Positions 41,266-49,181 of a stretch of DNA of 64,000 bases are shown piece by piece (within the stretch, counting starts at the first letter, position 1; every line of letters begins with the position of its first letter). The notes under the pieces were generated by a model. It made no database searches. It was given only the letters and a program-made list of their open reading frames with translations, and was not told where the DNA came from. The position numbers were made by a program, and so were the translations under genes. This DNA is from a virus: IMG/VR virus record IMGVR_UViG_3300025770_000006, positions 109,359 to 173,358 of that record. One strand, written 5' to 3'.

Positions 41266-42393
41266 ATGCAGTTATTTAACTACAAAAAAATAGGAGGTCA
41301 GACCCTTAAATCAAAAGTGGTCTTAGATCCTGTCGTTGAAAAAGTAGCAAGTGAGTCCGACTATAAGTTCAATGGTGAAACTTCATTTGTTGTACCTGAG
41401 TTTGATGTTCCTCCCGACTTCACATTAGGAGTGATATATGGGCCGAGTGGTTCGGGTAAGTCTACCCTCTTAAAAGAATTCGGAGAAGAAGCTGTTGGAG
41501 CATGGGATCAATCTTTAGCTATAGCTTCTCAAGTAGACCCAAACCTACTCTTGAGACTCGGATTATCGTCTATCCCCTCTCTTTGCAGACCATATCATGT
41601 CTTAAGCACAGGTGAGAAACATAGAGCTGATATAGCTAAAAACCTAACAAATGGATGTGTCATAGATGAGTTCACTTCTGTGTGTAATCGAGACTTCGCT
41701 CAATCAATCTCTGTGGGACTGAGGAAAGTCATAGATCATTACGGATATAAAAATGTGGTCATCGCTACCTGCCACGAAGATGTCATAAATTGGTTAGAAC
41801 CAGATTGGGTTGCTAACACATTAACGAGGCGGCTCGTAGAAGGGAGGTCGGAAAGGCGATCTTCAACTTTTAGAGTTCTACCTTGCTCAGTCGAAGTCTG
41901 GTCAATCTTCAGCGACCATCATTATCTGAGTGGAGATCTCAACAAGGGTGCTCATTGTTGGCTACTCATCAACGAAAATAATACAATCTGTGGCTTCATG
42001 TCTGCGATTGCATTACCAGGAGGGAATGTACGCAATGCTTGGAGAACACATCGAACAGTAATCTTACCCGACTTTCAAGGTATGGGATTAGGGTCAAGAC
42101 TGTCTAATGCTATAGCTAAGATGTACTACGATAAAGGATGTCGATTCTTCGGTAAAACTGCACACCCAAAGCTCGGTGAACATCGAAACAACTCTGAACT
42201 ATGGAAACCCACAAGGAATAATAGAGTCAGCAACAAGAGTATGTCCTATGAAAAAATGAAGGACTCCAAATACTCTAAAAAGTTTCTGCAAAAGCACAAC
42301 AATAGAGTATGTTATGCACATGAATATATTGGCGATGGAACTATGAACTTGAAAGGTCAAGAGCCAAAAAAAGAGCATACTCCATTCTTTTGA
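41266..42393 (+). CDS. ABC-type ATPase fused to a GNAT (Mom-like) acetyltransferase
   Basis: GPSGSGKS, LSTGE, IDEFTS, TCHED; then HHYL and RTVILPDFQGMGLG (GNAT motif A). Confidence 0.85.
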   Translation: MQLFNYKKIGGQTLKSKVVLDPVVEKVASESDYKFNGETSFVVPEFDVPPDFTLGVIYGPSGSGKSTLLKEFGEEAVGAWDQSLAIASQVDPNLLLRLGLSSIPSLCRPYHVLSTGEKHRADIAKNLTNGCVIDEFTSVCNRDFAQSISVGLRKVIDHYGYKNVVIATCHEDVINWLEPDWVANTLTRRLVEGRSERRSSTFRVLPCSVEVWSIFSDHHYLSGDLNKGAHCWLLINENNTICGFMSAIALPGGNVRNAWRTHRTVILPDFQGMGLGSRLSNAIAKMYYDKGCRFFGKTAHPKLGEHRNNSELWKPTRNNRVSNKSMSYEKMKDSKYSKKFLQKHNNRVCYAHEYIGDGTMNLKGQEPKKEHTPFF

Positions 42394-42423
42394 TTTCTTA
42401 TAACCATAGTGAGGAGTGAGACT

Positions 42424-42771
42424 ATGAGTTTAGAAGAACTACTAAAAAGAAATCGGGTGCAACTGCAAAAGAAGCAGGGCGACTATCTGTACTTCATCCA
42501 GTCAAGCAAAACAGGGATGATAAAGATAGGTCGATCTAAACACCCTAAGAAGAGACTCAAACAACTTCAAACAGGGAACTCAAATACGCTCCGTATTATC
42601 GCCTCATTTGAAGGTTTAGGGTGGAGGGAACCCCACCTACACGAAGACCTCAAAAAGTGGCGTATACGCCAAAATGGAGAGTGGTTTCACCATGATTGTG
42701 TCGGGTCGATCCCTACTGATCTATATGAGATGATCGAATGGGGAGCGTTTGATGACTGGTGGAAACCTTAA
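42424..42771 (+). CDS. GIY-YIG-like (T5orf172/MUG113) nuclease-domain protein
   Basis: YFIQ...IKIGRSKHPKKRLKQLQTGN...GEWF. Confidence 0.85.
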   Translation: MSLEELLKRNRVQLQKKQGDYLYFIQSSKTGMIKIGRSKHPKKRLKQLQTGNSNTLRIIASFEGLGWREPHLHEDLKKWRIRQNGEWFHHDCVGSIPTDLYEMIEWGAFDDWWKP

Positions 42772-42788
42772 CGAGTAAAAAGAAACTA

Positions 42789-42935
42789 TTAACAATGATC
42801 CTCTTCTATTAAAGGTTGCGAATCTATCTTTCTCAACATCTCCTTTGGGTCAAGCTCATCAACAGAAGAATTATTCTGCGAGATTGACCCACAAGAGAAA
42901 AGAAAAAAGAGGAATAAAGAAAAAAGAAGTCTCAT
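42789..42935 (-). CDS. Small lipoprotein (48 aa), absent from the ORF track
   Basis: MRLLFSLFLFFLFS-CGSISQNNSSVDELDPKEMLRKIDSQPLIEEDHC*; promoter-like motif at 42977-42990. Confidence 0.6.
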   Translation of the reverse strand: MRLLFSLFLFFLFSCGSISQNNSSVDELDPKEMLRKIDSQPLIEEDHC

Positions 42936-42991
42936 GTGTTGTACCCTAACTTATTATCAATATCTCTAAAAAAGGGTATAAAGAAACTACA

Positions 42992-43025
42992 AATCCTCGT
43001 CATATTCCTGTTGAGCGAGGATTAA
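42992..43025. repeat. 34-bp third copy of the actin-gene 3' end (palindromic core)
   Basis: aatcctcgtcatattcctgttgagcgaggattaa, identical to 43504-43537 and 44114-44147. Confidence 0.95.
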
Positions 43026-43438
43026 GCCTCTTTTACTTCAATCTCTTTATGGTCATAGATAACTTGGAAAGTCATCTTATGAACATAATTTTCAACCCCA
43101 AAAAGTTGAAGTTTTCTGGGTCTATCCATCGTACACTTAACCTCAACTATTAGATCCCCAGCAAGATTAATAGATCGATACCCAAGAACTTTAATGTCTA
43201 AGTCGTCTGGTGTGTCTTCGGGAATATCAAAATCAAAAAAACCCTCGATGCCCAAGAAAAAGTCATATAAAGCGTCTTCTACCCAGTTTGATCTAACTCT
43301 TGACCCCGATAGTTTGCTTAAATCTTTTGCTATCGTGGTGGATAGGCTCTTGAGGGTTTCTTCCCGACTTGATTGTTTTTCAAGTCTAGCGATTCTTGAC
43401 TCAAGGTTACGGATAATTTCACTAGCTGATCTTCTCAT
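43022..43438 (-). CDS. Leader-tagged protein (MRRSASEIIRNLESRIARLEKQS) with unknown cargo
   Basis: Leader plus full upstream element; the stop codon lies inside the repeat. Confidence 0.8.
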   Translation of the reverse strand: MRRSASEIIRNLESRIARLEKQSSREETLKSLSTTIAKDLSKLSGSRVRSNWVEDALYDFFLGIEGFFDFDIPEDTPDDLDIKVLGYRSINLAGDLIVEVKCTMDRPRKLQLFGVENYVHKMTFQVIYDHKEIEVKEA

Positions 43439-43501
43439 GGTTTACTCCAGTGGTTTAAGGTTAATGAGATCACTTATGAGAAGATATAAAGAAACTACAA
43501 A

Positions 43502-43637
43502 TCAATCCTCGTCATATTCCTGTTGAGCGAGGATTAACATACCCTTAGAGACAGCGTGAAGCGGGTCAGAAGCATGACGAACCTCTGAGATCTCGATAGG
43601 GGAACGCTTTTTCTTAGTCTCAAAGACCTCCCTAAAG
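43502..43637. repeat. 136-bp displaced copy of the actin-gene 3' end
   Basis: 130/136 identical to 44112-44247. Confidence 0.95.
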
Positions 43638-43647
43638 TTATTATTTT

Positions 43648-44037
43648 TTAACCAACAATGACAGTGTTAGGTCGATCAACCATGTTTGTTTGATACCTGT
43701 CCATTAACTCCGCATCAGTATCGAGGATGGCTTTGTTAATTTCTACTTCAACGCAAAAATGCACTTTGCTTGACGAGATTGTCTTTACATTAGAGACAAT
43801 ACCCATTTGCCGAAGGTTTACCATATCAGACATGAAAGAGGAAACTGCTGATTTTAGAGTAGATGGATAAAGGTGCGTGAAGCAATACTCATTAGCATGG
43901 GAGTTAAAATTCATTAAAATAACACATTCATCTCCGTCAATTATTCTGGTATTGTATGCCGCAGTTTTACTTTTACCTTCAAGTCGTGCGATCCTAGACT
44001 CAAGATTTCTGATTACTTCACTAGCTGATCTTTTCAT
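43648..44037 (-). CDS. Leader-tagged protein (MKRSASEVIRNLESRIARLEGKSKTA) with unknown cargo
   Basis: ATG at 44037, GGAG RBS, full upstream element to 44100. Confidence 0.8.
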   Translation of the reverse strand: MKRSASEVIRNLESRIARLEGKSKTAAYNTRIIDGDECVILMNFNSHANEYCFTHLYPSTLKSAVSSFMSDMVNLRQMGIVSNVKTISSSKVHFCVEVEINKAILDTDAELMDRYQTNMVDRPNTVIVG

Positions 44038-44111
44038 TATAGTTCTCCATTTTGTTAAGGTTAAAGAGATCACTTAAGACCAATTATAAATAAACTATTA
44101 ACCTTGACAGC

Positions 44112-45113
44112 TCAATCCTCGTCATATTCCTGTTGAGCGAGGATTAACATACCCTTAGAGACAGCATGGAGAGGGTCTGACGCATGACGAACCTCTGAGA
44201 TCTCGATAGGGAAACGCTTTTTCTTAGTCTCAAAGACCTCCCTAAAGAAGTCCATGAATCCACCTGCGAGACTTGTACCACCACCCACTACGATTGGAAT
44301 GGGTTTGTTAAGGGTGAGGTGTCCACCTTTCATCACAAACTGCTGTGCGATGTTATCTAAAGCGTGTTCAATAAGAGCCTTATAATAGAACGAGATCGCT
44401 TCTTCTTCTCTATTCTTAGGTGCTTTAAGGTCAATGCCCTTCTCTTTTACCGCACACATTTTAGAAGCTGTTGCACCTACTGATCGAGCCGCTCCTTGAT
44501 CAATCCAATCACCACCACGAGCAACGGAGAAGGATAACCCCTCAATGGTGCTGATAGCGAGAGCGATATTGGTCATACCAGAACCGAAACTAATCCCGAC
44601 ACCAGAAAAACCTTCCTTTGCAGTCTCTGCGAAGACGATAGCCATAGCTTCGTTGGCGGGGTGTGCAGTATATCCACATTCTTGAACGATGCGAGTGAAT
44701 ACACCCTTATGATAAACAACATCCATATTAGCGTCCACAGGAGCCGCAGGGATTGAGAAATAACAATGCTCTCCCTCATGGCTAGGGTCACCGAGAACAT
44801 CTTTGACCATATGTCCGAGAACGGTAAGGGAGTCGATCTCATCAGCAGAGATAAGACCTGCTTTAAGGGGTCTACGACCTTCTCTACCGAACATATTAGC
44901 TACTTCCATAGCTTCATCCCCAAGTACAAGTAGATTGTCGTCAGCTTCGATGTATGACACCGAGCCGAGTTTGAGCATCTTTTTAGCCGAAGATGGGAGA
45001 TCAATAAAGAGGTCACGCATCCTTCTTAGAGTTACTTCATTTTTCTTAGCACCACTCATGCGAGCAGACACCAAGTTCATAGTTCCAATGTCAAGTCCTA
45101 CACCTTTACTCAT
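44112..45113 (-). CDS. Actin-like ATPase (MreB/MamK/ParM superfamily)
   Basis: Phosphate-1 GLDIGTMN, connect NEAMA, phosphate-2 SFGSGMTN, adenosine VGGGTS, AVSKG. Confidence 0.85.
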   Translation of the reverse strand: MSKGVGLDIGTMNLVSARMSGAKKNEVTLRRMRDLFIDLPSSAKKMLKLGSVSYIEADDNLLVLGDEAMEVANMFGREGRRPLKAGLISADEIDSLTVLGHMVKDVLGDPSHEGEHCYFSIPAAPVDANMDVVYHKGVFTRIVQECGYTAHPANEAMAIVFAETAKEGFSGVGISFGSGMTNIALAISTIEGLSFSVARGGDWIDQGAARSVGATASKMCAVKEKGIDLKAPKNREEEAISFYYKALIEHALDNIAQQFVMKGGHLTLNKPIPIVVGGGTSLAGGFMDFFREVFETKKKRFPIEISEVRHASDPLHAVSKGMLILAQQEYDED

Positions 45114-45778
45114 TGTTTATTTGCCTTTCTTAATGCTTTCAAAGCAGAGAGAGCATCCGAGAGTTCTTCAGAACCTTCGGATTTTGTTTCATTCGCCAGA
45201 GACTCTGAGGAGGCTATGGTCTTATTAGAGATAATGTTAGATGGGATAAAGGTCAATCCTTCATCGGCTGTTGTGTTCATATTACCCATAGGTTGATTGC
45301 TTTGAGCGTTATTGTTCACGACAACCTGTTGAGTGGGCATCTGTTTAGCGACAGCTTCAGCGATAGCTTCGGGAGAGATCATTGTCCCTAACTGTTGGAT
45401 AAGGATATTAGCAAGAGCGTTCATGTCTAATTGTGGTTGCTCTGTTTGTTTCTCTACAATCACTTCCTTTTCTACTATCACTTCCTTTTCGACTATCACT
45501 TCCTTTTCGACTATCTTCTCAACCACTACAGGTCTTACTTCTTTAACTACCTTTGACTCATGAATGATTTTAAATCTGTTATTGCTGTTTACCCCTAGTC
45601 GAGAGGGAGATGGATTGCCTTTAACCTTGAGAGCGATCAATCCTGTGTTGACTAAAGTCTTTAGTTCTTGGTTTGAGTCATATTGGGATTTAGTGCAATC
45701 AAAGGTCTGCCCTTGTTTGAACTTGAGTCGAAGACTCTTAATCTCTATATCTTTAAGGCACTGTGCTACATAAATCAT
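45110..45778 (-). CDS. Hypothetical protein with VIVEKE tandem repeats, coupled to the actin gene
   Basis: VVEKIVEKEVIVEKEVIVEKEVIVEK; ATGA overlap. Confidence 0.65.
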   Translation of the reverse strand: MIYVAQCLKDIEIKSLRLKFKQGQTFDCTKSQYDSNQELKTLVNTGLIALKVKGNPSPSRLGVNSNNRFKIIHESKVVKEVRPVVVEKIVEKEVIVEKEVIVEKEVIVEKQTEQPQLDMNALANILIQQLGTMISPEAIAEAVAKQMPTQQVVVNNNAQSNQPMGNMNTTADEGLTFIPSNIISNKTIASSESLANETKSEGSEELSDALSALKALRKANKQ

Positions 45779-46347
45779 TGTTCGCCCTTGCTCATACTTT
45801 TAGTAAGAAAGAAAGTAGCCTTTCGTATAGCTTTTATTCTACCCTTCTCAATCCCTTGCTCGATGAAGTTAAACTTATAAACTGATGGGTGTATCCATTT
45901 GTTTTCTGTTCTAAGAGGAAGATTTCTGAAAACTACTTCACCTGTTTTTGTCTTAATAGGTACGACCTTCCTTTCCATGTTAGAGTTACGAGTCAACCAC
46001 CTCATTTCATAAGGATCTTTGCGTTCAAGATACTTTTTGACCCATTGCCACTCTGACTTGATCTTGATCGCCCCCCCTTTAGATATCTCATAATAAAAGG
46101 AGTCTAGGAAATCTTTGGTGCGAGGAATACCACTGCCGAGTCCTGATGCTCTTTTCGCTTCCTCTTTGATTGCCTTTATTATCTCATCCCCGAAGATCTC
46201 TATGACCTTTTTAGAGATGTCTTTGCCTCTTAGGTCAACATTCTGGAACTGATTTTTACGCACCTTATAAGTACGGAGATCCCAAGGTCTATTTGGATCT
46301 CTGTTCTTTGGTGGGTTTCTTCGTGCTCGTCTAGGGTCAAACTTCAT
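45775..46347 (-). CDS. Basic protein, possibly neck/tail-completion (HK97 gp10-like)
   Basis: PRTKDFLDSF...WIHPSV...FIEQGIE pattern; GGAGGAGGAGGT RBS; late-type motif upstream. Confidence 0.4.
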   Translation of the reverse strand: MKFDPRRARRNPPKNRDPNRPWDLRTYKVRKNQFQNVDLRGKDISKKVIEIFGDEIIKAIKEEAKRASGLGSGIPRTKDFLDSFYYEISKGGAIKIKSEWQWVKKYLERKDPYEMRWLTRNSNMERKVVPIKTKTGEVVFRNLPLRTENKWIHPSVYKFNFIEQGIEKGRIKAIRKATFFLTKSMSKGEQ

Positions 46348-46376
46348 ATCTACACCTCCTCCTCCTGTAGTGTGGA

Positions 46377-46405
46377 TATAAACAACTTACAATAGTCTAT
46401 TTATA
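46377..46405. promoter_or_regulatory. Back-to-back divergent copies of the promoter-like motif
   Basis: Minus strand GTAAGTTGTTTATA (46377-46390) and plus strand AATAGTCTATTTATA (46391-46405), each pointing at a gene. Confidence 0.55.
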
Positions 46406-46478
46406 TTTGGTTTTTTGATAAAAACCCCTCCCTTATTAAAAGTAAGGACGGACAGATGTTCACTTTAAGGATCAAAGC

Positions 46479-46772
46479 ATGAGTGGAGATAGTAAACCCC
46501 CCGAAGAAATAGACCCTATAGAAACAGAGATTAATCTCATCAATGAACTTATAGGAGATAATATAATTATAGTACTCCATCAAAATGGTATGACTATTAT
46601 GATGGATGAGGACATAGAATATAGGGCTGAAGAGCAACTGAAGATGTTTAGTCGTTTATATGTAGCCGCTAACCCCAGCTTTGTGTTGAGACTCTTTTTG
46701 ATGCTTGAGGTGGGGATGCTTCTCGCATGGGACTACCTAGAAGATTCCTTCAATAAATATATTAAAAGATAA
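46479..46772 (+). CDS. Hypothetical protein
   Basis: 97-aa ORF with AAGGA RBS. Confidence 0.55.
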   Translation: MSGDSKPPEEIDPIETEINLINELIGDNIIIVLHQNGMTIMMDEDIEYRAEEQLKMFSRLYVAANPSFVLRLFLMLEVGMLLAWDYLEDSFNKYIKR

Positions 46773-46833
46773 TCTTATCCCCTCCTAAATTGTATAAGGT
46801 AAGTGTTCACATTAACCACAATGGAGGTCGCAC

Positions 46834-47298
46834 ATGAGCGATAAATGGAAAGCAGGACCTGAAGTCCAAGAGCAGATTAATCATCTCATCGGAAACGCAC
46901 ACCCACACTTGGCTGACATCATGAATGACATTGTAGTCATCTTTAAAGAGAAGTGTTCACGCAAGGGTGGTCGCCCTATTCTCGGTAAGACCTCAAAAGC
47001 ACCAGGGATCTTGTCTGTCCTTGGGGATCACGCATACGAGTTTGTCATTGAGCTTGGGGCAGACTGTTGGAACAACCTTAAAGAGAATGAGCGTATGGCT
47101 CTACTTGACCATCTTCTCTGCTTCATCGGAGGTGAAGAAGACGAGAAATCGGGTGAGATGAAGTATTATCTCTCGACTCCCGATGTCTTTTATTTCTCTG
47201 AGGAAGTTGCTCGTAATGGGAGTTGGCGTGAGGAGATCCTACCCGATGGTGTACCCGAAGAGGGTTCAGACGCACCTTTGTTAGACCCTATCGGTTAA
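46834..47298 (+). CDS. Phage metallopeptidase-like protein with a degenerate active site
   Basis: HPHL...ILGKTSK...FVIEL...W...ALLDHLLCF...PDV; GGAGG RBS. Confidence 0.6.
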   Translation: MSDKWKAGPEVQEQINHLIGNAHPHLADIMNDIVVIFKEKCSRKGGRPILGKTSKAPGILSVLGDHAYEFVIELGADCWNNLKENERMALLDHLLCFIGGEEDEKSGEMKYYLSTPDVFYFSEEVARNGSWREEILPDGVPEEGSDAPLLDPIG

Positions 47299-47873
47299 AG
47301 GTCTAACCACCTTTTGAGTTCATTGCGATAGTTCTCACCCTTGTTGATGTAGTGGCTAACGATTTCATTAGACATGAACCTCATGTGGCATCCGATTGTC
47401 CAACGAAGATCACCCTTTCGATCAATCGAAGCATTTTCAAGTGTCAACATGAAATGGGGATCTTCAGACCCATCAAGAAGTGTTCCTGACTGTAGCACTC
47501 GCCGATAATCCCCACCGCTCAGTTTAAATGCCTTTCGTCTAGGGTCAAACTTTACATACTTTGGGAAAGTCTTATCAAAGGATTCTGATACGGTACCATC
47601 AGTATCGAGCTTATGTAGTGATGAAAGAATCTTCATAATATCTACAACTTCGTCATACAACTCGATATACAACTCTTGGGTAGGGGTGGTTTCTTCTTCT
47701 TGTCCAAAGTAATCATCTTTAAAAATCTTTGAGTCATCTTCATAGTATGATCTCTCTGCGTCATACATATTAGAGTCAAAATAACCTTGTGGGTATCCTG
47801 CTGTCCTTTGGTTTTCAAGACGAGCGATTCTTGACTCAAGGTTTCTGATTACTTCTGATGCTGATCTTCTCAT
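47295..47873 (-). CDS. Leader-tagged protein (MRRSASEVIRNLESRIARLENQRTA) with unknown cargo
   Basis: Leader; promoter-like TAATAGTTTACCTATA at 47927-47942; sits inverted within a plus-strand gene run. Confidence 0.8.
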   Translation of the reverse strand: MRRSASEVIRNLESRIARLENQRTAGYPQGYFDSNMYDAERSYYEDDSKIFKDDYFGQEEETTPTQELYIELYDEVVDIMKILSSLHKLDTDGTVSESFDKTFPKYVKFDPRRKAFKLSGGDYRRVLQSGTLLDGSEDPHFMLTLENASIDRKGDLRWTIGCHMRFMSNEIVSHYINKGENYRNELKRWLDL

Positions 47874-47957
47874 GGGCTGTTCCTTTCATATAAGAACAAT
47901 GGTATAAAAACACACCTAATGTTAATTATAGGTAAACTATTAAAAAGGAGTATTGAT

Positions 47958-48443
47958 ATGAAGTACGCAAAATTTGAAAAGATTGATGGAAAAGATCAAC
48001 TTGTCGTTGTGACCCGTGATGAACTCATTCATTTGGTTGGGTCAGAAGAAGTGGATCAATACATCTTTGATAATGGGTATACAGACCACTCTGACGAGAC
48101 ATTCAATAACTACCAAGAGATGACCGCACAGACTGCAAAGTACCCCCCATCTCAAGCTCTTGAGTACCTTTCACTCGGTATTGCATCTGAGGCGGGAGAG
48201 GTAGCAGGTAAGATGAAGAAATGGATTCGAGATGATTCCAAACTTTGGGAGATTGAAAAAGAGGAGGCTAAACAAAAGTGGGTTCAAGCGATGTCATCAG
48301 AGATTGGGGATGTTCTCTGGTATTGTGCCCGACTCGCAGATGAGCTTGGTCTAAGTCTCTCTCAGATTGCAGAAGAGAATATGGAGAAGCTCTTAGATCG
48401 AAAGGCTCGTGGTGTTATCGGTGGTAGTGGGGATAACCGATGA
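47958..48443 (+). CDS. MazG-like nucleotide pyrophosphohydrolase
   Basis: LGIASEAGEVAGKMKK...EIGDVLWY...NMEKL...GSGDNR. Confidence 0.88.
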   Translation: MKYAKFEKIDGKDQLVVVTRDELIHLVGSEEVDQYIFDNGYTDHSDETFNNYQEMTAQTAKYPPSQALEYLSLGIASEAGEVAGKMKKWIRDDSKLWEIEKEEAKQKWVQAMSSEIGDVLWYCARLADELGLSLSQIAEENMEKLLDRKARGVIGGSGDNR

Positions 48444-48497
48444 GGTTTATAAACTGTTTATAATCTCCTTTAGTTATAAAAACTGAGGTTAGTTTAT

Positions 48498-49181
48498 ATG
48501 AGACTAGTTTGCATTTCAGACACACACAACCAGCACGATAAACTTGAGTTGCCCGATGGGGATGTTCTAATCCACGCAGGAGATTGGACAGGTACAGGTA
48601 CGCAAAAGCAAGTTATCTCATTTATAAGATGGTTTGCGAATCAGCCACATAAACATAAAGTCTTGATTGCAGGAAATCATGAGGTGACTCTTGACTCACC
48701 TTTTTATCGTACTAACTGGCCTAGATTCCACCCTCAACAACCCCACAGTTCACATGATATCTCTAACTATGTGTTGAGAGAAGAGGGCATCCACTACCTT
48801 GAGGATACAGAGGTGGTTATAGAGGGTGTTAAGTTTTACGGTAGTCCATGTCAGCCCTCTTTTGGTGGTTGGGCTTTTAATGTAGACAGGGGTTTACCGA
48901 TACGATCTGTATGGGGGAATATACCCGATGACACTGATGTCTTGATAACTCATGGGCCTCCACATGGATATGGAGATAAGTTAGCTTGTGGAGAGCGTGT
49001 GGGCTGTAAAGATTTACTTGATGAGGTAACGACAAGAATCAAGCCCAAAGTCCATATTTACGGACATATACATGAAGGGTATGGCACATACGACTTAGAG
49101 GGTATAAAGCTAATTAACCCTTCTAGTTGTAATGAGCATTATAAGATTACAAATAAGCCTATCATATATGACTTAGAATAA
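48498..49181 (+). CDS. Metallophosphoesterase (calcineurin-like)
   Basis: ISDTH, HAGD, AGNHE, THGPP and GHIHE motifs. Confidence 0.92.
   Translation: MRLVCISDTHNQHDKLELPDGDVLIHAGDWTGTGTQKQVISFIRWFANQPHKHKVLIAGNHEVTLDSPFYRTNWPRFHPQQPHSSHDISNYVLREEGIHYLEDTEVVIEGVKFYGSPCQPSFGGWAFNVDRGLPIRSVWGNIPDDTDVLITHGPPHGYGDKLACGERVGCKDLLDEVTTRIKPKVHIYGHIHEGYGTYDLEGIKLINPSSCNEHYKITNKPIIYDLE

Noticed and set aside
32457-42771. Restriction-modification system
   Set aside because: No cognate restriction endonuclease is evident; the small GIY-YIG-like ORF is a common stand-alone phage gene.
42992-44147. Three 34-bp palindromic repeats read as a CRISPR array
   Set aside because: The intervening sequences are about 480-580 bp and contain whole genes, the repeat is the actin coding 3' end, and no cas genes are present.
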